IMG/VR virus record: IMGVR_UViG_3300025695_000006
Span: 1 to 64,000 of that record
Origin: a virus
DNA: 64,000 bases
Reading direction: 5' to 3' (one strand)
Part shown: piece by piece, positions 48,445-58,241 of the stretch
Layout: every line of letters starts with the position of its first letter
How positions within the stretch are numbered: the stretch's first letter is position 1
Program-made: the position numbers and the translations under genes
The notes under the pieces: model-generated
What the model saw: the letters and a program-made list of their open reading frames with translations, nothing else
Told to the model about the DNA's origin: nothing
Database searches by the model: none

Positions 48445-49033
48445 TGAAGAAAAAGCGAATAAATTAGCTCAAGGTATAGCTAACGCAAGAAAAGTAATGC
48501 AGAAAGTAGAAGGTGGTATCTCTAATAGCAACCAAAACACAAATAATGGTATTAGCACATCATACCCACCACAACCTAACTATAATGAAAGGGAACCAGA
48601 GTACATATCTGAGGCTGAAATGAAAGCAAGGGTAGCGTCTAAGAACACTGGACCTAAAAAGACTATGAAAAACCTAGAGTCATCTAAAATGCCTAAAGAA
48701 ATATTAGAATCTTTCTTAAACAACCCTATTAACGACCCAACAGTACCAGTTGGTTTAGACAACGTTGTAAGTAAGGTTAACGAGACTCAAAACAGTTACA
48801 ATAACGTATATCAATCAACAGGACCCGAAATAACTAAAGAGGTTGTAGTAGAATCTAAAGCTCCAGTTATGGACACTAATTTGATAGAATATATCATAAA
48901 AAAAACTGTTGAAGAAACGATAGACAAGATGAGTAAAAATACGTCTATTGATGAGACTATACAAATAAAAATAGGTGAAAAGACTTTTGGTGGTAAATTA
49001 ATGTCATTAAAAGAGAATAATAAAAATAAATAA
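48437..49033 (+). CDS. Hypothetical protein
   Basis: ORF track. Confidence 0.6.
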   Translation: MNSEEKANKLAQGIANARKVMQKVEGGISNSNQNTNNGISTSYPPQPNYNEREPEYISEAEMKARVASKNTGPKKTMKNLESSKMPKEILESFLNNPINDPTVPVGLDNVVSKVNETQNSYNNVYQSTGPEITKEVVVESKAPVMDTNLIEYIIKKTVEETIDKMSKNTSIDETIQIKIGEKTFGGKLMSLKENNKNK

Positions 49034-49046
49034 ATAAATAAAAATT

Positions 49047-49226
49047 ATGAACAAAGAACAATTAATGGGAATTATTAGACACGTACTAACATTTGTTGGT
49101 GGTATTGTTGTCGCAAAAGGGTTTGCTGACGAAGCTCTTGTATTAGAATTAATCGGTGGTGGTACAACACTAATAGGTGGTATATGGTCAATCTTAGATA
49201 AAATCAAGGATACTAAAAAAGTATGA
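49047..49226 (+). CDS. Putative holin (Pam3-gp28-like, two hydrophobic helices)
   Basis: Not in ORF track (59 aa): MNKEQLMGIIRHVLTFVGGIVVAKGFADEALVLELIGGGTTLIGGIWSILDKIKDTKKV. Confidence 0.75.
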   Translation: MNKEQLMGIIRHVLTFVGGIVVAKGFADEALVLELIGGGTTLIGGIWSILDKIKDTKKV

Positions 49227-49227
49227 T

Positions 49228-49419
49228 ATGTCTGTAATAAAATTTTGTAAAAACAAATGTTGTCCAGTAATAGAGGTGAAAGAATCCACGATAGTACTTG
49301 GCGATAAAGAAGGTCCAGAAGGTATAACCACATGGACTAAATCACAGTTTTCTGATTTTGTTGAGGCGGCCAAGTCGGGTAAGTTCGACGATATAACCAC
49401 CAACAAACAAGAAAGTTAA
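49228..49419 (+). CDS. Small DUF397-like protein
   Basis: CCPVIEV...VLGD...W...FSDFVEAAKSGKFD resembles the DUF397 pattern CVEV..RD..W..F...K.GEF. Confidence 0.5.
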   Translation: MSVIKFCKNKCCPVIEVKESTIVLGDKEGPEGITTWTKSQFSDFVEAAKSGKFDDITTNKQES

Positions 49420-49425
49420 AAACTC

Positions 49426-49463
49426 AAAAACCCAATTAAATGCAATATATTAATTGGGTTTTT
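49426..49463 (+). terminator. Intrinsic terminator / inverted repeat
   Basis: AAAAACCCAATTAA...TTAATTGGGTTTTT. Confidence 0.65.
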
Positions 49464-49499
49464 AATTAAATTCACTATATTGCAATAAATCTACTAACT

Positions 49500-50270
49500 A
49501 TGAAACAAATAATCTTAAGCCTGTTAATCACAACAGCACTATTCGCTTGTCGAAAAACATCACCAATGGAAGAATCAGAAAACACATTGGAAGTAACAGA
49601 AGCAAACATGGCTGTTATCGGAAAGAGAACTGCAACTTGGTGCGGGCCTTGTGGAAGTTGGGGGTTTCCTCAATTTGAAACATTGAAAGAAACTTACAAA
49701 GGAAAAGCCCTATTTATGGCTTGGAAAGACGCCTTTACAACTACCGAAGGTTCAACTTTGTTTGATGAAGTAGGACCAACTTTTAACTTAGGGGGTTCAG
49801 TACCAACATTTTTTTACAATTTTATTCCAAACGCTGATGATTCAGTGATTACGAAGCACGTTGAATCTGATTACGTTGTTGCTAGCGCTAATTACGACAT
49901 GGAAGTATCAGGTCAAAATGTGTTGTTAAAAACCACAACAAAGTTTTTTGCTAATGTGGAAGGTGTGTACTATATAGCCCCATACATGATAGTTGACAAC
50001 ATCGTTGGTTACCAAAATGGGCATGTTGACGGGAACAACACAGTTCATCACAACTATGTTGCTAGAGTCGCAAAACCAACAACGGTTAGTTCAGTAGAAA
50101 ACTTTGGGTACCAATTAACAACAAATGGTGCTGAAAGAGGCCACACAATTAACCTAGACTTTACAGTAAAAAAAGATGTTTCCTGGAAAACAAAAGATAT
50201 TTCTTTCGGATTAGTGATCTACAAACAAGAACCTTGGGGGTTACAATTTGTCAACGCATTCACTAAATAA
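49500..50270 (+). CDS. Lipoprotein with thioredoxin-like CxxC and Omp28-like domain
   Basis: Signal peptide II with lipobox LFAC; TATWCGPCGSWG; YQNG...HHNYVAR Omp28-like segment. Confidence 0.7.
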   Translation: MKQIILSLLITTALFACRKTSPMEESENTLEVTEANMAVIGKRTATWCGPCGSWGFPQFETLKETYKGKALFMAWKDAFTTTEGSTLFDEVGPTFNLGGSVPTFFYNFIPNADDSVITKHVESDYVVASANYDMEVSGQNVLLKTTTKFFANVEGVYYIAPYMIVDNIVGYQNGHVDGNNTVHHNYVARVAKPTTVSSVENFGYQLTTNGAERGHTINLDFTVKKDVSWKTKDISFGLVIYKQEPWGLQFVNAFTK

Positions 50271-50300
50271 CTTTAATTAATAAAGGTAAATTTTTATTAT

Positions 50301-51047
50301 ATGAATAAGATTAGAATTCTAGTTATAGGTGAGAGTTGCACTGACGAGTTTATTTATTGTAAATCGGATAGATTATCACCAGAAGCCCCAGTACCAGTTT
50401 TAAACCCAATAAAAACTGTTAAAAATAGAGGTATGTCTGGTAACACAACAACAAATTTAAAGTCTATATTACCAAACTCTCAGATTACTTCAGTGATACA
50501 AACTGAAAATATAACTAAAACACGTTATATCGAGAATAAATCTAACCATATGTTCTTAAGGGTAGATAAAGGTGAGGACAGTTTAACACCTATAGAATGG
50601 ACTAACGATATCATAGAATCTATAAAACAGGCTGATATAGTCGTTGTAAGTGATTACAACAAAGGTTTTTTAAAGGATTCTGATGTAAAAAGAATAGGAG
50701 AGTTAAGTGAGTTATCTATATTAGATTCTAAGCGTAAATTAAATAATGATATTATAAATAGTTATACGTTTATAAAATTGAATGAATCAGAATATGGTAA
50801 CAATAAACATTTAACACATAACGGTATTATAGTAACACTAGGATCTAAAGGTGCTAGACATGGTAGTAAATTATACCCATCACTAAACCCTCAAGAAACC
50901 ATAGACGTAAGCGGTGCTGGTGATACTTTTACCGCTTCATTCATAACTACCTACTATATAACCTCAGATATTTCAGAAGCTATAATAAAAGCTAATGAAA
51001 ACGCTTCCAACGTCGTAAGTAGAAGAGGGGTAGTAACACCCAAATAA
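50301..51047 (+). CDS. PfkB-family sugar kinase, RfaE/HldE domain I-like (heptose-7-phosphate kinase-like)
   Basis: ILVIGESCTDEF...RLSPEAPVPV, VVVSDYNKG, VTLGSKGA, DVSGAGDTF. Confidence 0.8.
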   Translation: MNKIRILVIGESCTDEFIYCKSDRLSPEAPVPVLNPIKTVKNRGMSGNTTTNLKSILPNSQITSVIQTENITKTRYIENKSNHMFLRVDKGEDSLTPIEWTNDIIESIKQADIVVVSDYNKGFLKDSDVKRIGELSELSILDSKRKLNNDIINSYTFIKLNESEYGNNKHLTHNGIIVTLGSKGARHGSKLYPSLNPQETIDVSGAGDTFTASFITTYYITSDISEAIIKANENASNVVSRRGVVTPK

Positions 51048-51109
51048 ATAAACAGATTTACTTTAATTTATGCATTAAATTTACTATTATTACACAAATA
51101 ATAAATTTA

Positions 51110-52333
51110 ATGAGTAAGATAAACATACTAGTTAACCCTAATGATAGGTCTGGATCTGGTAAATACAGGTGTATAGACCCACACGTAACCCTACAAAATA
51201 ACCACAGTGAAGAATATTTTGTAGAGATAAACCAAAATATAGATTTTAACGACACTAACTACCTAAAAAAGTTTAATATATTCTTTTTTAATAGGGTACC
51301 TGGGGGTAATTACCAACAAGCCGAAGAGATTTTCGCTAAGATAAAATCTTTAGGTGGTAAAATAGTTCTTGATTTAGATGACTACTGGAGATTGGATAAA
51401 TCTCACGGTATGTATTTACAGGCTAAAGAAGGTGGATACAGTAGAACTATTATCAATCTAGTTAAAAGTGCTGATATGGTAACTGTTACAACAGAAATAC
51501 TAAGAGATGAAGTATTTAAGTACAACAAAAACTGTTTCGTATTACCAAACGCGATTAACCCAAAAGAACAACAATTTACACCAAAACCTACAGAATCTGA
51601 TAGATTAAGGTTCGGTTGGCTTGGCGGGTCTTCCCATATTAAAGATATCGAATTAATTAAAGATATAGCTCAGACCACAGCAAAACGAAAAGATGAAATA
51701 CAATTTGTTTTATGCGGTTTCGATAAAAGAGGTAAGGTTAAAATGTTCAACCCAGAAACTAAAAAGTGGATGGAAAGAGATATGCAACCACTAGAAACTA
51801 CATGGTTCATGTATGAGGTGTTTATAACTAACAATTTTAGATTATTAGAGGGTGATACCGAGTATCTAAGTCATCTAATGAAGTTTGACCCAGAAGTTAA
51901 ATTTGATGACTTAAACAAACCATACAGAAGGATATGGACAAAAAATATTAATAACTATGCTACAGGTTATAACGAGTTCGATGTAGCATTAGCACCTTTG
52001 TTAGATAACGAATTTAATAAATACAAGTCTCAGTTAAAAGTTATTGAGGCTGGTTTCCACAAAAAACCTATCATTGCACAAAACTACGGTCCGTATACAA
52101 TAGATTTAATATCAGCGGTAAACAAAGGTGGTACTATTAACAGTGATGGTAACTCTTTATTAGTGGAAACTAGTAAAAACCATAAACAATGGGGTAAACA
52201 CGTTAAAATGTTAATGGATAACCCAAATATGGTAACGGACTTAGGTGAAAAGTTATACGAAACAGTTAAAGATCGTTACGATATAAATAACGTAACAAAA
52301 TATAGAGACGAATTATACAAATCATTAGTTTAG
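51110..52333 (+). CDS. Glycosyltransferase, GT-B fold
   Basis: LDLDDYW, ADMVTVTT, VLPNAI, GWLGGSSH, DVALAPL...FNKYKSQLKVIEAG. Confidence 0.8.
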   Translation: MSKINILVNPNDRSGSGKYRCIDPHVTLQNNHSEEYFVEINQNIDFNDTNYLKKFNIFFFNRVPGGNYQQAEEIFAKIKSLGGKIVLDLDDYWRLDKSHGMYLQAKEGGYSRTIINLVKSADMVTVTTEILRDEVFKYNKNCFVLPNAINPKEQQFTPKPTESDRLRFGWLGGSSHIKDIELIKDIAQTTAKRKDEIQFVLCGFDKRGKVKMFNPETKKWMERDMQPLETTWFMYEVFITNNFRLLEGDTEYLSHLMKFDPEVKFDDLNKPYRRIWTKNINNYATGYNEFDVALAPLLDNEFNKYKSQLKVIEAGFHKKPIIAQNYGPYTIDLISAVNKGGTINSDGNSLLVETSKNHKQWGKHVKMLMDNPNMVTDLGEKLYETVKDRYDINNVTKYRDELYKSLV

Positions 52334-52334
52334 A

Positions 52335-52919
52335 ATGGAAAATCATTTAGATAATATAAACATAAACGAACTTCTTAGTGAGGATGTTAAGAAAGACTTA
52401 GAAAGTGTGTTAGGTCAAACACAAGATTTAATGGGTGACTGGGATTACGACCAAGAAACCATGAGTATAAAATTAAAAGTATCATTTATAAATAAATCTG
52501 ACAACCCTGACCCATCATACGAAAAACACGGCGACAGTGGTTTTGATATTAGAGCCAATATAGATGAACCGATCGAACTAAAACCAGGTAATAGAACATT
52601 AATAAAAACTGGTTTATATTTTCAGATACCGTTAGGTTATGAATTACAGGTTAGGTCTAGAAGTGGTTTAGCCCTTAAAAACGGTGTGATGGTATTAAAT
52701 AGTCCTGGTACAGTAGACTCTGGTTACAGAGGCGAAGTAGGGGTTATACTTTATAATACAGATAATTCAGAATCATTTGCCGTAAATAATGGTGATAGAA
52801 TAGCCCAAGGAGTTATAGCCGCCGTACAAACAATGGATAGGACTAAACTTATAAAAAAAGATAAACTATCTTCATCAGAAAGAGGTGAAGGCGGGTTTGG
52901 TTCAACAGGAGTTAAATAA
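52335..52919 (+). CDS. dut: dUTPase (trimeric)
   Basis: SGFDIRA, RSRSGLA, GTVDSGYRGE, GDRIAQ, RGEGGFGSTG. Confidence 0.95.
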   Translation: MENHLDNININELLSEDVKKDLESVLGQTQDLMGDWDYDQETMSIKLKVSFINKSDNPDPSYEKHGDSGFDIRANIDEPIELKPGNRTLIKTGLYFQIPLGYELQVRSRSGLALKNGVMVLNSPGTVDSGYRGEVGVILYNTDNSESFAVNNGDRIAQGVIAAVQTMDRTKLIKKDKLSSSERGEGGFGSTGVK

Positions 52920-52923
52920 TGTT

Positions 52924-53226
52924 ATGGAAGAATTTAAAGAACAAATAAAGGCTTACAAAACTATCACACCAGATGTACTAGATAGAGTCGAGTACAAAAC
53001 AGTTTGGTCTGGTAAAAGGATAGAGGTCGGAGATAAAGTATTGTACGCATTTGTTTATCCACCAGGATCGGACGAGTATAAGTTAGCCACTTTCCTCCAA
53101 AGAGAGCTAAATGAGGTTAGTTTAAAATTTAGTTTCATACAGATGTTTAATGGGATCATACCTGTATTAAAATTTAAAGACGATGATACGGTACGAGAAT
53201 TAATAGAAGAAAAAGATGAAGACTAA
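52924..53226 (+). CDS. Hypothetical protein
   Basis: ORF track 52885..53226; ATG at 52924 after the dut stop is the more plausible start. Confidence 0.55.
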   Translation: MEEFKEQIKAYKTITPDVLDRVEYKTVWSGKRIEVGDKVLYAFVYPPGSDEYKLATFLQRELNEVSLKFSFIQMFNGIIPVLKFKDDDTVRELIEEKDED

Positions 53227-54655
53227 CATTAAGATCAGTGTCGTTTTCTCAACCAGAGCTATAGACGATTCATTTGTTGAACACGTAAAAAAAACATGTC
53301 TACATAAAGGTGTTGAAGTATTACCGTACCTAAATAACGGAGAATACTCATTAACTGAAATATACAACAAAGGGTTAAAAGAAGCGTCTAGTGATATAGT
53401 GGTTTTTTGTCATGATGATATAATTTTTGAAACAAAAAATTGGGGTAATAAGTTAATAAAACATTTTGATAAAAATGAAGAATATTCCATACTAGGTGTT
53501 GCTGGCACGAATCACATGATCAGTGGTATGTGGTGGGAGATAAGGAACGCTATGCACGGAACCGTTAAACACACCGACGGTAATAAAGTATGGGAGAATA
53601 AATTCTCTAAAAGTTACGGTAATGAACTAAAAGAGATGGTTGTTCTGGATGGTTTATTTTTAGCGGTAGATAGGACTAGGTTAATAAGTAAATTCGATGA
53701 ATCGTATAAAGGGTTCCATTTCTATGACATATCATTTTGTTTTGATAATCATATAAATGGGGCTAAAATAGGTTTAATGTCTAATATTAAATTGATACAT
53801 AAATCGGTTGGTGGTACTAACAAACAATGGGAGGAGAATAAATTAATCTTTGAGACCAGAAATTCTAAAAACATACCAATAAACCTAAATAAAAACACCT
53901 CACATATAGTATTCGATAAATCATTACCAAAAGTAGACTTACACGTACTATGTTGGAACGAAGAAAAGATAATCCCTTCATTTTTAAAACACTACGAAAA
54001 CTGGGTTGATAGAATCATAGTTTACGATAACAAATCTAATGACAATAGTGTTAAGATATTAACTGAACACCCTAAAGTAACTATCATTAGTTACGATACT
54101 GGTGGTGAAATACGCGACGATGCCTACCTACAGATAAAAAATAATTTATGGAAAAATTCGATAGGTAGAGCGGACATTGTAATAGTTTGTGATATGGACG
54201 AGTTTCTATATACCGAAAACATAGGAACTTTAATACGAAACTTTAACGATAGTAGTGCTACTATAATAAAACCAGTGGGTTATGATATGATAATAGAGGA
54301 TTTCGACATCACTAAAAGTGTTGATTTATTAAGTGACGTTAAATACGGTATAAGACACAATCATTTTGACAAACTATGTATGTTCAAGCCAAGTGAGATA
54401 AAGGAGATTAATTATAATTTCGGCTGTCATGTCGCTAACCCCTCTGGTAATGTAAAGTATTTCGATGGTGATGTTAAACTATTACATTATAAAAAAATAG
54501 GGTTAAAATACTTTCTAGATAAAATGGGTAGTTACCATAAAAGGTTAAGTAAGTTTAACAGGGATAGATCCCTGGGTTACCAATACGATTTCGATAGAGA
54601 GAAACATATCACAGACTTCACTAAAGATTCTCATAAAAGTAAAAAAGTTATATGA
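53216..54655 (+). CDS. Two-domain GT-A (GT2-like) glycosyltransferase
   Basis: Domain 1: YNKGL..ASSDIVVFCHDD...LDGLFLA...FHFYDI; domain 2: CWNEEKII..FLKHY...YDNKSND...VCDMDEFL. Confidence 0.8.
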   Translation: MKTNIKISVVFSTRAIDDSFVEHVKKTCLHKGVEVLPYLNNGEYSLTEIYNKGLKEASSDIVVFCHDDIIFETKNWGNKLIKHFDKNEEYSILGVAGTNHMISGMWWEIRNAMHGTVKHTDGNKVWENKFSKSYGNELKEMVVLDGLFLAVDRTRLISKFDESYKGFHFYDISFCFDNHINGAKIGLMSNIKLIHKSVGGTNKQWEENKLIFETRNSKNIPINLNKNTSHIVFDKSLPKVDLHVLCWNEEKIIPSFLKHYENWVDRIIVYDNKSNDNSVKILTEHPKVTIISYDTGGEIRDDAYLQIKNNLWKNSIGRADIVIVCDMDEFLYTENIGTLIRNFNDSSATIIKPVGYDMIIEDFDITKSVDLLSDVKYGIRHNHFDKLCMFKPSEIKEINYNFGCHVANPSGNVKYFDGDVKLLHYKKIGLKYFLDKMGSYHKRLSKFNRDRSLGYQYDFDREKHITDFTKDSHKSKKVI

Positions 54656-55185
54656 AAGAAGTTTTATTGATAGGTAATGGTCCGTCTTGTTTAGATAAAG
54701 AATTGGGTGAACTAATAGACTCTCATGAAACAGTTATTAGGTTCAATGACTTCGAGACAAAAGGTTACGAAAAACACGTTGGTACCAAAACAGACGTATG
54801 GGTCAAGACTAAAATGTCATCTAAACATATAACCAAAAACTTCAAAAGTAAATTCTACGTTTACCCAAACATCATAAGATGTACCGAAGAAGAGAAGAAG
54901 ATTTTAGTTAATGATGGGTTTAATGTGATCCCTGTAAAATTCTACAACAAGGTAAATAAATTGTTAGACGCTGGTAACCTATGGGCCACTACTGGATTAG
55001 TGATGATATACTATTTTATAGAAAAAGGTTATAATGTCAAAATACATGGTTTTGATTTCTTTGAGAATGGAGTTCATTACTATAAAGACGATAATAAAAT
55101 GATAGGTCATAGACCAGACTTAGAAAAGGCTTTGGTCAACAATCTCATTAATAAAGGTGAAGTTAAATTATTATATAATGGATAA
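54652..55185 (+). CDS. GT29-family sialyltransferase-like protein
   Basis: Sialylmotif L: LIGNGPS...LGELIDSHETVIRFN....GYEKHVGTKT; S: ATTGLVMI...VKIHGF; motif III HYY; VS HRPDLE. Confidence 0.8.
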   Translation: MKEVLLIGNGPSCLDKELGELIDSHETVIRFNDFETKGYEKHVGTKTDVWVKTKMSSKHITKNFKSKFYVYPNIIRCTEEEKKILVNDGFNVIPVKFYNKVNKLLDAGNLWATTGLVMIYYFIEKGYNVKIHGFDFFENGVHYYKDDNKMIGHRPDLEKALVNNLINKGEVKLLYNG

Positions 55186-55828
55186 ACTTAAAATATTAAT
55201 ACCAGCCAGAAGAAACTCAAAAGGCTTACCTTTTAAAAATAGGTTACTTTTTAACGAAACAGTTGATAGTATACCTAAAAAATACCACAAATACATAATT
55301 GTATCAACAGATGATGAAGTATTGATCGAAAAATGTGAATTAATGGGTTTAAAAGTTTCTATTAGACCAGATGAGTTAGCCATTGACACAACCAGCACAA
55401 AAGAAGTCATTGAATACCTAGTTAAAAACGGTGATTTAAATTACGACGATGTGGTTATAATGCTATACCTAACTTACCCAGAAAGAACTTTTAAAGAGGT
55501 TAAAAATGTCTATAAATTATTTTTAGATAATAAAGAAAAAAGTTTGTTGTGTAAAAAGGATTTTAAAGGTGTACACCCATATTTATATATGTTAAACGCA
55601 GGTAACAACAAAGGTAGACAGTTAGTTAAACATAATCTATACAGGAGACAAGACTACCCAGAAATATTTGAAATATCTCATTACATATCTATATTTAAGG
55701 TTAGTGAATTAGGTAAACTAAACAATAATTTATATAATGATGATACATATTTCTTTAAAATATACGATGTTATAGACGTTGACACTAAAAAAGATTTTGA
55801 TGGGTTACTTCGCAAAGAAAAAAAATAA
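55178..55828 (+). CDS. neuA: CMP-nonulosonate (acylneuraminate/Kdn) cytidylyltransferase
   Basis: IPARRNSKGLPFKN, VSTDD, RPDELAIDTTST, RRQDYP, IDVDTKKDF; ATG at 55178 preferred to 55157. Confidence 0.8.
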   Translation: MDKLKILIPARRNSKGLPFKNRLLFNETVDSIPKKYHKYIIVSTDDEVLIEKCELMGLKVSIRPDELAIDTTSTKEVIEYLVKNGDLNYDDVVIMLYLTYPERTFKEVKNVYKLFLDNKEKSLLCKKDFKGVHPYLYMLNAGNNKGRQLVKHNLYRRQDYPEIFEISHYISIFKVSELGKLNNNLYNDDTYFFKIYDVIDVDTKKDFDGLLRKEKK

Positions 55829-56783
55829 GGGTAAATCAATAGTTACTAAGAGTAACCAGAAACAAAGAATTAAAATTAATTCTCAGGTCGATGAGGTCTT
55901 AGAAAACGTGGTTGAAATAGTAACAGCTAACAACCCTAAAAAAGGTCTTAAAGTGAATAAAACTAAAAATGTTGACTTAAAGAAAGGGGTTGTAAAAACA
56001 GAACAAAAAAATGTTGACTTAAAGAAAGGGGTTGTAAAAACAGAACAAAAAAATGTTTCTGAACCTACACTCACCACTATTAAAGGAACTAAAACAAAAA
56101 ACAATGATAAGTCTAATCAAGAATTATATGACGAAACCATTGACAGATTATTAAACCAATTTTTAAAAAAACGCTCTTTATTATCTTTAGATAATTTAAA
56201 GAGGATGATAAAAAATAAGACTATAATATTAGTTGCTAACTCATCAGACTTACTTAAAAAAGAAAATGGTGATATTATTGACTCTAATGATATTGTCGTA
56301 AGATTCAACTCATTTAAATTAAACGAAGTATATACTGGGTCTAAAACTACAATACATGTTAGCGTATACCTACAAGACGAAAATCTAGATAAATACGTAC
56401 CTATAAGATTTATCATATCAAATAACCTCACTAACTGGATCAATAAGGTTAAAGGTTTAAACAAGGTTCATCAGGGGTTAATACTTAAGTATAACCACCA
56501 TAATGATCATAATAGTATGAAAACAGACGAACAACCAAGCACTAGCGGGTATACCATGCTAAAGTTATTATTACACCTAGGTGGGTTTAAAAAGATAGAC
56601 CTAATAGGATTTAACTTCTATGACGGTGGTGAAAATAGTTTATTAAGGACAGATAAAGGTTTAGAGTACGAGATATCTAAAGTACATAATTATAAGAAAG
56701 AGAAATTAGAAATAATGAGTATGGCTTTTGAGTATGATAAAAAAAATAATATAATAACTTTTTATGATAGTAACACATACTAA
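55800..56783 (+). CDS. Second GT29-family sialyltransferase-like protein with Lys-rich N-terminal extension
   Basis: L motif LVANSS...GDIIDSNDIVVRFN....YTGSKTT; S motif STSGY...IDLIGFNFY; VS HNYKKE; ATG at 55800 preferred. Confidence 0.75.
   Translation: MGYFAKKKNKGKSIVTKSNQKQRIKINSQVDEVLENVVEIVTANNPKKGLKVNKTKNVDLKKGVVKTEQKNVDLKKGVVKTEQKNVSEPTLTTIKGTKTKNNDKSNQELYDETIDRLLNQFLKKRSLLSLDNLKRMIKNKTIILVANSSDLLKKENGDIIDSNDIVVRFNSFKLNEVYTGSKTTIHVSVYLQDENLDKYVPIRFIISNNLTNWINKVKGLNKVHQGLILKYNHHNDHNSMKTDEQPSTSGYTMLKLLLHLGGFKKIDLIGFNFYDGGENSLLRTDKGLEYEISKVHNYKKEKLEIMSMAFEYDKKNNIITFYDSNTY
55965..56057 (+). repeat. Perfect 42-bp tandem duplication (KNVDLKKGVVKTEQ x2)
   Basis: AAAAATGTTGACTTAAAGAAAGGGGTTGTAAAAACAGAACAA twice plus a partial copy. 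Confidence 0.9.
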
Positions 56784-57615
56784 ACACACCAACATAGCCG
56801 AGGCACCAGAAGCTATAAGTGAGGTTATAAACAAATATACCGAACATAAATCATATGTTGTTGGTTATTCTTACCCAGGTAAATTAATTATACCTAATTC
56901 AGATATAGTACACCAACACAACAAGAAGTTCTATACTACCAAGAAAAGTATTATACAATACCACAGTGAACCTTTTAGAGTTGAATTAAATGTTGATATA
57001 CCAAAACTAGTAATAGCCCAATATCATGCCACCTTACCCGAATATAGACATTGTAGAGTGGTAAGAAACCCAGTAGATTTATTTGATGTTAAATACATCC
57101 CCAAATATCAAAACAAAGTAATTAGAATAGGATATTCACCATCTTCAACAACACCCTCGTCTAAATGGGCTGATAAGGGTTACAAAGAAACTATACCAAT
57201 CCTAAATAAAATAAAAAAAATATATAAAGATAAAGTGGAGATAGAGGTGATTACTGGGGTGCCACTAGAAGAATGTCTCAAAAGAAAATCTGAGTGTAAT
57301 ATATTTATAGATGAAGTTAAGACCGATTCGTATCACAGATCAGGCCTCGAATCAATGGCCATGGGTATAACAACCATATGTTCTGTTAGTAAGGAAGTAG
57401 AAGAAGTTTTACTAAGGTCGTCAAACGCTAAAACAAACCCTTTTATTAACACGTATCACCAAAACTTAGAAATAGAATTAATTAATTTAATAGAATCTGG
57501 TTTAAATAAAATAATTGATAAAGGTTACGAAAGTAGATTATGGATGGAGAACCATTGGGACCCAGAAACTATCGCAAATGAATACATTAAAATATACGAA
57601 AAATGGCTAGATTAA
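56764..57615 (+). CDS. Glycosyltransferase, GT-B-like
   Basis: IRIGYSPS...KG...CNIFIDEV...YHRSGLESMAMG...SRLWMENHWD. Confidence 0.65.
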   Translation: MIVTHTKHTNIAEAPEAISEVINKYTEHKSYVVGYSYPGKLIIPNSDIVHQHNKKFYTTKKSIIQYHSEPFRVELNVDIPKLVIAQYHATLPEYRHCRVVRNPVDLFDVKYIPKYQNKVIRIGYSPSSTTPSSKWADKGYKETIPILNKIKKIYKDKVEIEVITGVPLEECLKRKSECNIFIDEVKTDSYHRSGLESMAMGITTICSVSKEVEEVLLRSSNAKTNPFINTYHQNLEIELINLIESGLNKIIDKGYESRLWMENHWDPETIANEYIKIYEKWLD

Positions 57616-58238
57616 ACATGGAAACAATGAAAGATGTACTAAATGAAAATTTGGATATATCAAAAATAAAATTAATTTATGACGTAGGGTGTTTAAACGG
57701 AGTTGACAGCTTCCTTCTATCAGAATTATTTGACGCTAAAGTTATAGGGTTCGAAGGTTTACCCAACAATTACAAAAAATTCCTACTAGGTAAAGATACC
57801 GAAAAAGTTAGTTTTGAAAATTTCGTAATAAGAGATTACGATGGGGTAACACATTTTTACGAAAAAGAACAAAATGGTATACATAGTATTTTTGAACAAA
57901 ATTTATCAAAAACTAAAGAACGGTTAGTTGAGTTAAAATGTAAAAGGATGGACACGTACATAACAGAAAAATCCTTAGATATACCCGACCTCGTTAAAAT
58001 AGATGTTGAAGGAGCTACATTAGAAGCCTTAAAAAGTTTTGGTGGTATTTTAGAGGATATAAAAATACTACAAATTGAAACTGAGGAGGTTGAATATTTC
58101 ACAGGACAAACTTTAGAACCTAAAGTTATGGAATACCTTTACAGTAAAGGATTTTTTCCTATATTTAAATCAACAGCAATTAACGTCAAACAGAATGACT
58201 ATATTATGTTAAATAAAAAATATTATAAACAAAAGTAA
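57603..58238 (+). CDS. FkbM-family SAM-dependent methyltransferase
   Basis: IYDVGCLNG, VIGFEG, RMD..I, DLVKIDVEGA. Confidence 0.85.
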   Translation: MARLNMETMKDVLNENLDISKIKLIYDVGCLNGVDSFLLSELFDAKVIGFEGLPNNYKKFLLGKDTEKVSFENFVIRDYDGVTHFYEKEQNGIHSIFEQNLSKTKERLVELKCKRMDTYITEKSLDIPDLVKIDVEGATLEALKSFGGILEDIKILQIETEEVEYFTGQTLEPKVMEYLYSKGFFPIFKSTAINVKQNDYIMLNKKYYKQK

Positions 58239-58241
58239 ATT

